Source: Porphyridium purpureum
Lineage: Eukaryota
Direction: 5' to 3'
Assembly (NCBI GenBank): GCA_008690995.1
Contig: VRMN01000001.1
Coordinates: 620,001 to 684,000 of the forward strand
Length of the DNA: 64,000 nucleotides
Part shown: positions 10,680 to 22,182 of the stretch, in pieces
Layout: the number at the start of each line of letters is the position of its first letter
How positions within the stretch are numbered: position 1 is the first letter of the stretch
Notes under the pieces: generated by a model
Seen by the model: the letters and a program-made list of their open reading frames with translations, nothing else
What the model was told of the DNA's origin: nothing
The model's database searches: none
Position numbers and translations under genes: made by a program

Positions 10680-12278
10680 TTAGACATGAAGGCGACTTGC
10701 TTGAGCGCGCGCCTTCTTGACCTGGACGGCTTTGCACACGGCAACACTTTCCTCGTCGTCAGGGATGCAGCGCTTGAGGATAAAGTACACAGTCACTGTT
10801 GAGATGATGAGGCACGCCAGCGTGCCAAACACAACCATGACAATGGCCACAATGTTCCAAAAGATGCTGTCCTCCTTGATTGCGAAATGCGTCGCTGCAA
10901 TCGACGCCGTCAGCATCGGAAAGACGTACGCCCACCACACGATGGTGAACTTGTTGGTCCAAAATTGAGGCAGCAGCCGGAGGAGCAGCATGTAAATAAA
11001 GACGTCCGTGTAGAAGAAAAAGTCCCCGAAAAAGTAAGAGCCACTGCTGCTCGGCTCCTCGCCATGCGAGATAACGATGGACCACGTCGCCACGGCCGCT
11101 GCGCCCGGGGGCGCGAGGAACAGAAACATCGTTGGGCCCACCAGCTGCGCGTGATGTATGTACCGCTCCGCCAGTCGCTGGAATAACGTAAAGAATACAA
11201 CGGCCAGGAATAGGAGTCCCACTGAGAAGCAAAACATAGCAGCCGAAAGCTCGCCAAGCCGCGAACCTAGCGTGGCAAGCACAAAGTAGCCAATGACAGC
11301 CATCTGGTATAACGGATGAACATGCGCAAACATATTCGTCGCGCCAAACAGCCACTCGCCATAGATGAACAGGGACAGCAAAGTCTGATACGTAACACAT
11401 AAATAGAACATGACTCTGAGCGCGGTCTTATCCGCATGCATGAACTGCGGCACTGTGAGCAGCAAGTTGGTTGTCGCGATGAGCGGTGCCGCAAAAAAAT
11501 TGACGCGCCTGTAGTCCTTCAGATCGCTCCGGAAGCCAGCTGGAAAAGTGACAATGCGCGCAATGTACATTGCGGAAAATCCAACAAGTAAAATGGCTGT
11601 GACAAACCACATCACCTCACTTATTTGCGCGGGAGGATTCAGCCACGCAAACCCCGTGCTGAGTGTTTTCCAAAGACTGGTGAGCGCGGACCACCCAAGT
11701 GCGGGTCCAAAGTGCCCCACGTGACTCTGAACGAGAAGTGTCTTGCAGGTGCCCAGCTGGACAGTACTAAGTTCTTCCGGTGAGAGGCCACGAGCAACAT
11801 CTTCTTGCGTATGTACATGTCCTGTTTCTTGGCGACCTTGTCTGCTCTTCTCCTCTTTGCATTCCGTCGCCTCGATCTTTGACCACTCATCCTCATACAA
11901 AACCCCGTTCCCTGTCGAAACTATTTGCTTGCATCCAGAGCAATGGAAGCACTCGCCGGACGCTTCAGCTTCCCCCAACCGAGACGTGCTAGCGCCGACA
12001 CAACACCGACTCCCCACGGCATTGACCAAGGCGTCATTCAATGCGCGAGCGCCTCGACTGCAATCCGCACACAGCATGGACATCTTCTTCCTACTGGTAG
12101 CAACATTCGGAACTTCTGCGATACTTTCAGAAGCTGGCGCGTCAGTATTCGGTTGCTCTTGGCCTTCGTACGGGCGACCGGCGTCGGCGGCATCGTTCAC
12201 ATGCTGCGCCGGAACGCCGGAAACCTCGCTCGCATTTGCTCGCAACTCAGCCAGCGTGGTGCCATTCAAGAAGGACAT
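10680..12278 (-). CDS. SLAC1/TDT-family anion channel
   Basis: About 10 TM helices, with RVNFFAAP, PTMFLFLAPP and FTIVWWAYVFP as in plant SLAC/SLAH. Confidence 0.9.
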   Translation of the reverse strand: MSFLNGTTLAELRANASEVSGVPAQHVNDAADAGRPYEGQEQPNTDAPASESIAEVPNVATSRKKMSMLCADCSRGARALNDALVNAVGSRCCVGASTSRLGEAEASGECFHCSGCKQIVSTGNGVLYEDEWSKIEATECKEEKSRQGRQETGHVHTQEDVARGLSPEELSTVQLGTCKTLLVQSHVGHFGPALGWSALTSLWKTLSTGFAWLNPPAQISEVMWFVTAILLVGFSAMYIARIVTFPAGFRSDLKDYRRVNFFAAPLIATTNLLLTVPQFMHADKTALRVMFYLCVTYQTLLSLFIYGEWLFGATNMFAHVHPLYQMAVIGYFVLATLGSRLGELSAAMFCFSVGLLFLAVVFFTLFQRLAERYIHHAQLVGPTMFLFLAPPGAAAVATWSIVISHGEEPSSSGSYFFGDFFFYTDVFIYMLLLRLLPQFWTNKFTIVWWAYVFPMLTASIAATHFAIKEDSIFWNIVAIVMVVFGTLACLIISTVTVYFILKRCIPDDEESVAVCKAVQVKKARAQASRLHV

Positions 12279-12553
12279 TTTTGCCGGGCCACGAGACCGG
12301 CGCCGTCCGAGCTGCAGGGCATGAGCTTCTGTTCTTGCCAAACAGGTGGCGCCGGTCTGGCGCAGCGCTGGCTGGCTGCTGCGTGGAGCTACTTTCCGTG
12401 CGCACGATGTTTCTGCTTCTCTTGTAAAACAAGCTGGTTTTCTATATTAACTTGTGGAGAAATGGTTGGTGAGGGAGAAAAACGTGACCCCACGAGCGCT
12501 GGCCAGGTTTGGAATTCGATGTGGATGGCCCCTTGCAGCGCAGCAAGATCGAC

Positions 12554-12832
12554 ATGCGGTGGAGTTTGGTGGCGCGCATGCCGCGACCGGTATGGAAAGG
12601 CCCCTTTGCGGATCCTCTGGTCGGGAATCCCGAGAAGGGTACGCGACGGAGCATGATTTTGCCAGAGTGGATCGGCAAGACCATTCTCGTGCACAGCGGC
12701 AAAGATTGGCAGCCTGTGGTAGTGAACAATAAGATGGTGGGACACAGGCTCGGCGAGTTCGTACTGACAAAGAAGGCGGTTGTGCACCAAGGCAAGCTCG
12801 CCGACGCCCAAAAGGGCTCGAAAAAGAAGTAA
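12554..12832 (+). CDS. rps19: Nucleus-encoded organellar (probably mitochondrial) ribosomal protein S19
   Basis: RPVWKGPF, RRSMILPEWIG, HSGK, MVGHRLGEFVLTKK; short MRWSLVAR presequence. Confidence 0.9.
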   Translation: MRWSLVARMPRPVWKGPFADPLVGNPEKGTRRSMILPEWIGKTILVHSGKDWQPVVVNNKMVGHRLGEFVLTKKAVVHQGKLADAQKGSKKK

Positions 12833-13571
12833 GGAGACGCTGCGGAGGGCGGTCTTCACGAAGGGCGGACGCTGTGACTTTCTCGCGTTTGTGAAAGCAC
12901 CCAGTCATCTGATGCTGAAGCGAAGTGGTTGCCGACAAGACATGGTGGGCGAGAAATGATTCGGTAAGGCCTGCGAATCTCGGCCTGCTTCACTAGGAGA
13001 TCCAGACAGCTTGAATCCGAGTTGACATTCTTGACTCGCGAACCTACTGCGATAGGGCTCGCCCCTATGGATTCTGTGAAAAGTTTTACAAGTTACTTGA
13101 TCTCGGGATCGAAGGCTTATTTCGTGCTTCAGGAAAAAAAAATCGCTTCCCCGCGTTAAAGCGCACATGTCGGCGTAGCCTCGAATACGTTTCGCAAACA
13201 CCGTACGCAGCAGTCTTGCCACAGCTGCTGGTCGCTTTCTTCATCTATGTGTATCAAGACCGAAAATGCGAATGGCGTGATTGTAACAAAAATACCCGTT
13301 GGGGTAGCGGGTAACTTCGTCTCTGTGCGAGCGTAGATGAGCGAACGCGGTTCGGCCAGGCTCAACTGCGAATCCTGCGTTCGCGGACGAATCGCACGCC
13401 TCAAACCCAACGCGATACGGCATTCGTTTCACGGTAGGTCTAAAATCGCATGATCCCGCCTTGACCCAGTGCCCAAATGAACCGCTCTTACCACAGCTGC
13501 ATTTCACGTACACTGAATATCTTTTCCATTTCTGCCATTTCCGTACTTTTCCCGCGCCGCTCGCTGAAGTC

Positions 13572-15254
13572 CTATTCCAAAGTATCCTGAAGATCAACCA
13601 GCAGCTCCTTGGCCATGTGCTGAACGGCACGCTGGCCCGGCGAGTTGATCCATCCTTCCACCGGGTGTCTTGCCATAGCAACAATTCGGTTGTGCGCGAT
13701 GGGAAGCGGCACAGGAAAGTCCACACAAACCGTACGCCAGCCTACGGCACGCAAACGGGCTGCCATGAATTCTTCCAAGCTTACCGGAATGCCAGTCATG
13801 GGTTTCGGGGATGTTGCTGCTAAGTTGAGACGATCACGTAGGTTCGTCTCTATACCTTTCTCATCTACCTCCGTCGCTGCTCCTGTCACTATATCTGCAG
13901 TTGCAATGCTGCCGTCCACTCTCCGCACGGCCTTGGACATTCGCTTCACCAGCACTTCCGCAGGCTCTGGTCGAATGCGGAAACTGGCGACGTGCCTGTC
14001 AGGGATTACGAGCGCTCGTGAAGACACGTCCATCTCTACATTCGTCAAGTATGGTAGCTCTTCACTGCTCACCTCATGTTCGTACCAGATGCGGCATCCG
14101 TCGACGTGCCGATCTTCAATGATGGTCGCGTTGCGAGGAGGCACGAACTCAGGCTGTACACGGAGCTGCTGCAAATGTGGCTGAAGCGTTGCGGTCCCGA
14201 AAGGAACCATGAAGTCATTAGCCGTATTCGCATACAGCACGCGCCGTTTGAAGGCACGCAGAGACGTGAGAAAAGGAAGCGTGGTATCCCGGCACATTTC
14301 CGCGAGCAACGGTTCACCTTGATCATTGGCCTTGTCCAGGAGCACCATTTGCTGCCCTGTCAAGCCAAACAGCAAGCGAACAATCCACAGCAACGGGGTC
14401 GGGCAAAAGCGCAACCAGCCAAAGCTGCGAACGCCCAAATGCGGTGACGCAACGGCCATAATGATATTTGGTTGCAGCCCGGCAACAGTGTTCGTTTCGT
14501 GGTCGTACAGCAGCGCGACGGCGTACCGGGCGTACAAACCGCCGAGTGAGAAACCTACGACCGAAATGCGCTGGAGCGACCTCGCGACTGGCAGCGCAGT
14601 GATGCGCCGAATATCATCCGCCACGCGCCGCGCGCCTGCCGCTACGCCGTCCGTAGTTTTCCGTTCGTTGACTCGCGTGGCGTGCACCATAATCCCGCGC
14701 TGAGAGCGTACTTCATCGTCTTCAATGATCTTTTGAAAGAATCCCAGATCTTCTGGCGTGCCCTTGAGGCCATGCACTAAGACCAGCAAGTGGGTTTTCG
14801 ATGCCATGTGTTCAGTTGCAGCATCCAGCCCAATCGGCATGTCCATTGCAGCGCGTTTGTGCTGGCTCGGCCCGTTGCTCAGACTTCTACGCACCTGCAG
14901 ACGTGAATATAGGCGATAGCCCTGCACTGAAGCACGTAGTGTGCTCTGTCCAACTGCGCACTGGCCCCGCTTCGGCTGTGGCGCCGCCGGCCTGTCCTTG
15001 TCCGCACAAACCGGACACGCCCCCTTTGCAACACTGGCGGATGTTATCACGGGCTTACAAACGAGAACAAACAAAGGCCCGTACCACTCGAGAGAAATTC
15101 GGGAGCTGTTCGTAGCGTCAAGCGCGCCACTCTGTAAATTGCTGATCGATCCAGTCCGACCAATTCGGCGCGAAAGTTGAAGGAGCTCGTTCGTTGACCC
15201 GGGACAATGGAATACCACACGCGCCGAACACCGCGACAGCCGCGAATCCCACAT
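13572..15254 (-). CDS. DUF676 putative lipase/serine esterase (start 15254 or 14846)
   Basis: HLLVLVHGLKG, GFSLGG nucleophile elbow, ASPHLG, YAN..ND.MVP. Confidence 0.85.
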   Translation of the reverse strand: MWDSRLSRCSARVVFHCPGSTNELLQLSRRIGRTGSISNLQSGALDATNSSRISLEWYGPLFVLVCKPVITSASVAKGACPVCADKDRPAAPQPKRGQCAVGQSTLRASVQGYRLYSRLQVRRSLSNGPSQHKRAAMDMPIGLDAATEHMASKTHLLVLVHGLKGTPEDLGFFQKIIEDDEVRSQRGIMVHATRVNERKTTDGVAAGARRVADDIRRITALPVARSLQRISVVGFSLGGLYARYAVALLYDHETNTVAGLQPNIIMAVASPHLGVRSFGWLRFCPTPLLWIVRLLFGLTGQQMVLLDKANDQGEPLLAEMCRDTTLPFLTSLRAFKRRVLYANTANDFMVPFGTATLQPHLQQLRVQPEFVPPRNATIIEDRHVDGCRIWYEHEVSSEELPYLTNVEMDVSSRALVIPDRHVASFRIRPEPAEVLVKRMSKAVRRVDGSIATADIVTGAATEVDEKGIETNLRDRLNLAATSPKPMTGIPVSLEEFMAARLRAVGWRTVCVDFPVPLPIAHNRIVAMARHPVEGWINSPGQRAVQHMAKELLVDLQDTLE

Positions 15255-15448
15255 GCGCAAGGGAGAATGCCCCGTACTCCCTGGGCAGCTGCGGCCACGT
15301 GATCGACCCGTGATGTATGTCGAAGCGGCACAACGTGGCGGCCGCGTTGTTCATTCGCTTGTCAGCTGACCAACTCAAACAAATTAGGGTTTTGAATTTA
15401 GGAGAGGGCGGGCAGATGGGGTTGGTCAGCGTGCGGCTGCTACTACAG

Positions 15449-16225
15449 CTACTGGTCGAGGAAGAGCGCTTTGCACTCTCGGATTGTGTCTTCGTACGTC
15501 TTGACACTGTGCCCGACAGTGCGCTCGCTCTCATAGATCTCATGGTCGTTTCCGCCGGCAAACGTCTTGTCGCCAAAGAAATGGATCGTTTTGAAGTCGT
15601 CCAAGAAGCGCAGGCAGTACGTCTTGTCCCACCCGCGCGGAAACACGTCAAAGCTAATCTGCCCGCCAATTGAGTACACCAGGTCCATCTCCGCAAACTC
15701 CTTCTTGAGCGCCTCGACCATGCTCTTGCGAATGCCGTGCTCCAAGTCGTACCTTTCGTACTCGTCACGCTCTGCCTGCGAGCAGTTGCGCCCAATGGGG
15801 CTCACATTCAGCATTCCCTTGCGGAACTCGATGAACGTGCCGCGCTTGACCGGCAGCGTGAGCTCGGAAAAGTACTTCAAAATGTAGTTGATGAGCTTCT
15901 GCAGCTTTTCCTCGCCCAGAAAATCGGCCATAGACGTTTCGTTGATGAGTTCCCGCTCCTTGAAGCCGACCAAACCGTTCTCGGAAAAGGTGTAATCGAA
16001 CAGATCCAGCACATTCTCGCCGAGCTGCTCAAGCTGCTTGGACAGGTCCGATCCGCCCACCATGCCGACATACACCTTTTCACGAAGCAACGCGAGCGTC
16101 TCGAGCATATCTTGCGTAACCTTGTTCCTGGGCTTTGTGAGAGTGCCGTCCACATCAAACAACACGATCACGTCCTTACTCCTCATCTCAGTGGCGGCGC
16201 GCTTCTGCCCCGCGTGCTCCCCCAT
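15449..16225 (-). CDS. PMM: Phosphomannomutase (HAD family)
   Basis: [51 protein letters not shown]. Confidence 0.97.
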   Translation of the reverse strand: MGEHAGQKRAATEMRSKDVIVLFDVDGTLTKPRNKVTQDMLETLALLREKVYVGMVGGSDLSKQLEQLGENVLDLFDYTFSENGLVGFKERELINETSMADFLGEEKLQKLINYILKYFSELTLPVKRGTFIEFRKGMLNVSPIGRNCSQAERDEYERYDLEHGIRKSMVEALKKEFAEMDLVYSIGGQISFDVFPRGWDKTYCLRFLDDFKTIHFFGDKTFAGGNDHEIYESERTVGHSVKTYEDTIRECKALFLDQ

Positions 16226-17009
16226 CGCGACCGCGCACCTCCTCGTGCTGCCTCTCCTCACCACACACTGTTTCGCACCCGTGTCCACGACAAATCGCAC
16301 GTGTCTGCTCCCCACTGCGCACGCACAACACCGCACGCCACGTTCACGCTTCTCCACACCACGCACACATCCACCACCAACCCACCCCAACCCAAACCCC
16401 AATCCCATGCCGGCCTTCCTGTCCTTCTCCCTCACCCACTTTCGGTTTCCCGGTCCTTTCACCCACGCCACCTTCTAGGTCCATCATCAACACACAAACA
16501 CACACACAAAGTCCGACAAAAACACTGTACCCTATGAAAACGAAGTCAATTTATCACAAACCATTCACTGTACATCGGCACGCACACACACACACGTTGA
16601 CGAATCGACCGCACTACTGTACCCCATTTAAATTGAGGCCAGATTATCACAAACCGGTCACTGTACACCCACCCCCACCGCCACAATCTCCGTCGCGTTT
16701 GTGTGTTCTGCGGCTCCTGCGACGACTTGAAGACGCGCGCTTACTAGTACTAATCATCATACCACCTCGGTTTCCTCAGAGCTGCTTGGTTAAGGGTACG
16801 ACTGGTAGAAAATACCCTGATGTGTGCGCCCGCGGGGGTTTGAGCCGGATGGTTTGTATATGAAAATGGACGGTTTTGATAGGCGGGTGTGCGGTTCATG
16901 ATTGGGGCGATGCCGGTGGGTGAGGGGATTTGAGGGGTGAGAGAACAGAGGGAGGGAGGAAGCGAGAGAGTGGGAGAGCGGGAGGTAGAGACTCAGGGAG
17001 ACAGGGGGA

Positions 17010-18734
17010 ATGGAGGCGTTTGTGGGGTACGCTGGGGTTAGTCATGCGGCTTATTTATGCGAGCGCGCGAAGCGTGCTGCGGTGCCGGTGCAGCGATGGA
17101 CCCGATCGCCGGCGCCGCGCTGCGTGGTGTGTGAGCGGCGATGGCTGGCGCCGAGACGGCACCGCGCTCGCGCGACGCCCCGCCTGAAAGGTCCGCTGGG
17201 CGCGTCGTTGTCGTCGTCTTCCTCCGCGTCCTCGTCGTCCTCGTCGGATGGGTCAAGTAGTAATCGGGAGGAGACGGACCACACAAAGCTCGCGCCCGTC
17301 CAGAGAACGGGCGAGATTTTGGCGGGTGACATGGACGCGGGTAAGCAGTGTTCAAGTGAGGATGAAAATATCGAATTGCCAGAAGAGACATTTCGAGAGT
17401 ACTTGGTGACCGCTTTCAAGCGAAATCCAATAGACCGGGATATTTTGAGGCTTGCTCTCCCCGCGGTCGGCGCGCTTGCGCTGGACCCGCTGGTCGCGTT
17501 GGCCGATACCGCTCTCATTGGGCGTCTGGGCTCAATCGCGTTGGGAGGCGTCGGCATTTCGAATAATGTGTTCAACCTCTCCTTTACAGTTTTCAACTTT
17601 CTCGGTATGGCGACGACACCGACCATTGCGCAGCACTACGGGAGAGGAGACCTGGCGAAGGCCTCGCGGACTATTGCACGCGGCCTGTGGATCTCGGCCA
17701 CCGTCGGACTGGTAGCCATGGCCTTGCTCAGCGTAGCAAGTCGGCAAGTCGTAGCCTTTTTCGGCGCAAATGAGCTCGTCGCGCCGCAAGCAGTTAGGTA
17801 CTTGCGAATGCGGCTGATCGCGGCGCCGTTTTTCCTGGGTGGTATGGTCTGCCAAGGAGCATTCCGGGGCTTCCAGGACACACAGACGCCCTTCTTGATG
17901 GCAATTCTGGCCAACACGGTCAACCTCTCGCTGTTCCCCTTGCTCATCTTTGGCGCCGGCATGGGCGTGCAAGGAGCTGGACTCGCGACGGCTTTGTCTC
18001 AAATCACACTCACAAGCGGGCTCTTCATTCTATTGGTGAAGAAAAAGATGCTGAACCTCACCGATCTTTTCCGAGTCCCGGAATTTGCCAAGTTGATTCC
18101 CATGCTACGGACGGGCGCGATTTTGTCCGTGCGCACATTTTCAATCCTTTCGACAGTTTCACTCGCCACGGCAACCGCAGCGCGCATGGGAAACGTGGAG
18201 AGTGCTGCCTTTGAGGTGACTCGACAAGTATGGGCGCTCTTTGCTCGCCTCCTTGACGCGGTCTCGGTCGCCGCACAGTCGCTCATCCCTGTTGAACTAG
18301 GCAAAAAGAAGTATGTACGGGCACGGCAAGTTTCTCGCCGGCTCCTACAAGTAGGATTCTTGCTTGGTCTGCTGTTCTGCGGTATTTTGCAAGGGCTGGG
18401 TGCCAAAATGGCGAGTATTTTCTCCCGGGATCCGGCGGTGGTAGCCATGATTGCGGCCTGCTTCCCCTTGATGGCCTTCTTTGAACCATTGAACGGCCTC
18501 GTGTTCGTGCTCGATGGCTGTTTCACCGCCGGTCGACAATTTGTCTACCTCGCAGGTGCAATCTTCACCGCGTCGGTTTGTGCCTGGTCGGCGCTTTACG
18601 TCACTCGCGCTCTGAATCTCGGGCTGCTCGCTGTTTGGGCGAGTTTGAACCTGATGATGGTGCTTCGGTGCATTTTGCTGGGCGTCCGGTACTATTCAAA
18701 AGCATCGCCTGTACCAAAGCGAAAGGATGGCTAG
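17010..18734 (+). CDS. MATE/DinF-like efflux protein with a plastid transit peptide
   Basis: MEAFV transit peptide; LALDPL..LADTA.IGRLG, GAFRGFQDTQTP and a 12-TM pattern. Confidence 0.92.
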   Translation: MEAFVGYAGVSHAAYLCERAKRAAVPVQRWTRSPAPRCVVCERRWLAPRRHRARATPRLKGPLGASLSSSSSASSSSSSDGSSSNREETDHTKLAPVQRTGEILAGDMDAGKQCSSEDENIELPEETFREYLVTAFKRNPIDRDILRLALPAVGALALDPLVALADTALIGRLGSIALGGVGISNNVFNLSFTVFNFLGMATTPTIAQHYGRGDLAKASRTIARGLWISATVGLVAMALLSVASRQVVAFFGANELVAPQAVRYLRMRLIAAPFFLGGMVCQGAFRGFQDTQTPFLMAILANTVNLSLFPLLIFGAGMGVQGAGLATALSQITLTSGLFILLVKKKMLNLTDLFRVPEFAKLIPMLRTGAILSVRTFSILSTVSLATATAARMGNVESAAFEVTRQVWALFARLLDAVSVAAQSLIPVELGKKKYVRARQVSRRLLQVGFLLGLLFCGILQGLGAKMASIFSRDPAVVAMIAACFPLMAFFEPLNGLVFVLDGCFTAGRQFVYLAGAIFTASVCAWSALYVTRALNLGLLAVWASLNLMMVLRCILLGVRYYSKASPVPKRKDG

Positions 18735-19029
18735 TTGGGGCTCGACTCGGCCAATCCTGTATGGGACGTGCGCGCCAACACAGTGGTCATGGTGCCATTT
18801 GACACGATCCCGAATGTGCTGCATTCAGCACACTATGTAAGTTGATAGGAACGGAGAAAAGGGTTAAAATAGGAAATGTCACAGCGCGCAAGCGTTCGAT
18901 TGCGGACGACATGCACATTCTCTGGCGCACCCCTTGGAACTGCTTGAGAAACGAACATCGCATACTCGCGCCGCCCGGGATGGTGGTCTTCCAGTCCTCC
19001 CCCATTCGCCTTGGTAAGGAGTGCCGCCC

Positions 19030-21882
19030 TTAAAAGCCATAATTGAGCATGTCATGCGAGTTGAATTCAAACGAGACGCGTTCCTCCTCTATCTTTTGCA
19101 AGATGCGGCGATGAATGCACTGCAGAAACTCCATATAGCTCCATGTTCCTGTCGACGTGATACGATCCTCAATCAAATTCGGGTGGACAAATTGAGCAAC
19201 CTTGGCGCGTTCGCCCTTCTGGACAACCACACATCGACGAATATATGGACTCAAGGCAAACAGGCGCTCAAAGATTGATGTGATGCGCTGCGCTCGCGCT
19301 GCGTCATGCACACCGCTTTCACTCATTCCATCATACATACCGCGCGGTAAAACGCGGCCGTCTTGCGTGGTGACGAAACAGTCTTGCAAGAGCTCCGCGC
19401 TTACATTGCCCCCTATGTAGACAGTGAAATCCAACGCGGTAAACATCACCAACAAGGCGTTCTCGTCAGTCAGGAGCTGGCTACTGCACTTTTGTGATCG
19501 TGGCCAGGCTACGGGCTCTTCGAAAGGTGCGCTTACGCCTCCAGCATTTTGAGCGGCTAGCGATCCGACCACCGGATACGGATTTGGCGGGTACGGCAAG
19601 CCGGCCCAGTCAGGGAGCTCGTCCAGCAGAAAGATACGCGGATGCGCCATCTCCAATAAAAAGGCAGGCTGGAAAGACGCAAGGGCATGCAGAATGGCCA
19701 ACTGCCCTGCCGCGTCAACATTCGTGGCTTCGCGAAACGCCGAGCTTTTCATGAGACCCAGCACGAACAACGGGAGAACTTTGAGCGAGTCTGGCAAGAT
19801 GAGCTGGCCAGCACTCGACTTTGAATCTTGAACACAGTGTTTTCGGTAGCCGTGCAAAATGTCGACAACGCGGTCGATGAGAGAACGTCGCGCCTGAGCA
19901 ACAGAGAGCGACTTTCGGACAACGGCCGCCGCTAATTGCTTGGCGGAAATCGAAAGTATGGCATCGACATCGGCGGTTTTGAAGAGGTCGTTCGGCAGCG
20001 CTGTGACCGAGGGCAGAATTGTATGCACTCGCACCCTTCGCTGGCCCGTTTGGATGTCAGTGTAGAGAACTGCGAGCTGAATTGCGGCCTCTTTGACTGC
20101 ATCTTTACGGTCCGCGACACTGAAGGTAACATCCAGGGCCATGTCAGCGTCGGCGACTGGCATGTAGCCTTCGAGTTCTGAAGACACAGGGAAGTAGCAG
20201 TGGCCATACACGTGAGAGACTTTGATTCCACGAGATGTTCTCACGCGCAGCACTGCATCAAACCCGCGGATAGCTGAGAGCGAGCGCAGCCAAGCTCGGC
20301 CCAGCAAGTCACCAGATTCTTGAAACTGAAACGATGGAAAGTAGAAAACCTTTCCTCCCGATCGTTCGACGCACAACGCAGTAGAAGCACAGTCAAAAGG
20401 GCGCCCGTGCTCTGCGGCCACGAAAAAGTCAACAGCCATGTACTGAAGCGCAAGCGTTTCCCCAAGGCGCTCAAAGAATGCCGAGCTTTCGACAGAGAGA
20501 GCATCTGCGCTGGACTGTGAAGTGACAGGTATCGATGATACGGAGGAGCCTAAGCCGCAGCTAGGCGTGGAAGATACGAGGCAGAATATTTTCCCGCCCA
20601 CCGACTTGACCGTACGTTGCACGAGGGCTAGGGCTGAGCCTAGGCATGACTTGATGGGGAGTACGCTTGGAGTATCAACGCACCAGCGATCAAAAATGCT
20701 GGAAATCACATCGTACGCAATGTCGCGCGAAAGAAAGCATTGCTGTGTCTGAACAGCTGGGAACGGGTCATCATCGACATCCGGTACGATGTACTCAGTT
20801 ATGCGCGAGTTTTCAAATCCGTAAAAGCAAACGGAAGCGTCAAAAGAAACGATGGCAATGCGACACCGATCCAAATAGCTCCAAGTACTGAGAGCATGGC
20901 GCGTAGCACTTAGCGCCACTGCCAGTGCACCCGAAGAAACGGTGCGCGTGGTGACTTCTAAAACAAACACCAAATGACACACTCCATTTGTTTTCTCATC
21001 GGACTCCAAGGCATCGCGGGTCGCTGGACGACCACTATCGCGCTCTTCGTCGCGGACCGCCGCGTACGAAGGGTCGCTGACAACGTAATCGACGGTCCCG
21101 CACCACAGCTCCGGCCTCACGTCGAAGTCCGCGCGCTGACCTGTAGCCGGATTCAAAACGCATTGATGCTCGTCCGGCGTGCGCACGCTGGTTCCACAAA
21201 AATTGCAGTCAAACGCGTACCCCGCGCTATGAAAACGGAAATTCGCATTTGCATAGGCGCCACAGGCTGAGCACCGAAGCGGCTCGTTGCACTGGACGTT
21301 TGGTACAGCAGCTTCACCAGGCGCACCATCTGCAAAGGGTGAAAACACAATGCCGAGCGGAATCCTTGTCTTCTGGAGGGTAAGCCTGTTGCTCGGCCAG
21401 CTAAAGACCGAACTCCTGGCGAACCGGACCGAGGCCGACCCGTCATCTACACCAATAAAATCGGCAGTCGAAAGCGGTGCCCTATCTATTAGGCGCCCAC
21501 CCTTTTGACGATTTCTTGAATAAAACTGTCGCGGCTCGACCTCTGACTCCGGAGTTTCCGAACCAAATTCTGCCGTCGCCTGATCACCTCCCGGATGCGC
21601 CGCAGGCTCTTGTATTCTGAATCCCTGTCCTGAAGACTCAGACCCGTCTGCGCTGCCTACGAGCTGCTTCAGCCTTCGCCCACTGTCCGTCGCCGCGCTC
21701 GGCAACTCGTTTGCACGAGCATCGAACTCCTGGGTGGCGGCGGGCCGCGAGCCTTCCGGCGCACTTGCTCGTAGTACTCCCGCCGGCCTCACATACATAT
21801 TCGCGTGGCCTAGTTGCTGAGCTCCAGCTGTTGCTGATTGAGATGGTTGATACAAATGCGATGCCACATGCGGTCGCTGCAT
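19030..21882 (-). CDS. SEC24: COPII coat protein Sec24
   Basis: RCSACGAYAN...CNFC zinc finger, RPEL..GTVDY, RVRTSRG, GQRRVRVHT, GQLILPDSLKVLP. Confidence 0.93.
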   Translation of the reverse strand: MQRPHVASHLYQPSQSATAGAQQLGHANMYVRPAGVLRASAPEGSRPAATQEFDARANELPSAATDSGRRLKQLVGSADGSESSGQGFRIQEPAAHPGGDQATAEFGSETPESEVEPRQFYSRNRQKGGRLIDRAPLSTADFIGVDDGSASVRFARSSVFSWPSNRLTLQKTRIPLGIVFSPFADGAPGEAAVPNVQCNEPLRCSACGAYANANFRFHSAGYAFDCNFCGTSVRTPDEHQCVLNPATGQRADFDVRPELWCGTVDYVVSDPSYAAVRDEERDSGRPATRDALESDEKTNGVCHLVFVLEVTTRTVSSGALAVALSATRHALSTWSYLDRCRIAIVSFDASVCFYGFENSRITEYIVPDVDDDPFPAVQTQQCFLSRDIAYDVISSIFDRWCVDTPSVLPIKSCLGSALALVQRTVKSVGGKIFCLVSSTPSCGLGSSVSSIPVTSQSSADALSVESSAFFERLGETLALQYMAVDFFVAAEHGRPFDCASTALCVERSGGKVFYFPSFQFQESGDLLGRAWLRSLSAIRGFDAVLRVRTSRGIKVSHVYGHCYFPVSSELEGYMPVADADMALDVTFSVADRKDAVKEAAIQLAVLYTDIQTGQRRVRVHTILPSVTALPNDLFKTADVDAILSISAKQLAAAVVRKSLSVAQARRSLIDRVVDILHGYRKHCVQDSKSSAGQLILPDSLKVLPLFVLGLMKSSAFREATNVDAAGQLAILHALASFQPAFLLEMAHPRIFLLDELPDWAGLPYPPNPYPVVGSLAAQNAGGVSAPFEEPVAWPRSQKCSSQLLTDENALLVMFTALDFTVYIGGNVSAELLQDCFVTTQDGRVLPRGMYDGMSESGVHDAARAQRITSIFERLFALSPYIRRCVVVQKGERAKVAQFVHPNLIEDRITSTGTWSYMEFLQCIHRRILQKIEEERVSFEFNSHDMLNYGF

Positions 21883-22182
21883 CTTTCACTCCCCGCCTCG
21901 CTTCTTGTTCTCCCATCATCTCAACGCCACTGATCTTTTCGAGCCTCTTCGAAATCGCTTAAAGGAAACTCGGTTTAACGAATCAAGTGATCGGTCCGAG
22001 AAAAAAGAAACCGGTTCAAGTTTTGATGTACATTTTACTGTACCTAATTCTTGTGGCGGTTTTTCAATTTCTTGTTCTTTTTCGTGCGAAGCGCAGCACA
22101 AGTGGTTGAGCTTGGTGAAAGGAGAGACAAGGAGAGGCTGACCGTGCGCGTGCGGAACGCGCCAGAGCGTGCGACAGGCGCC

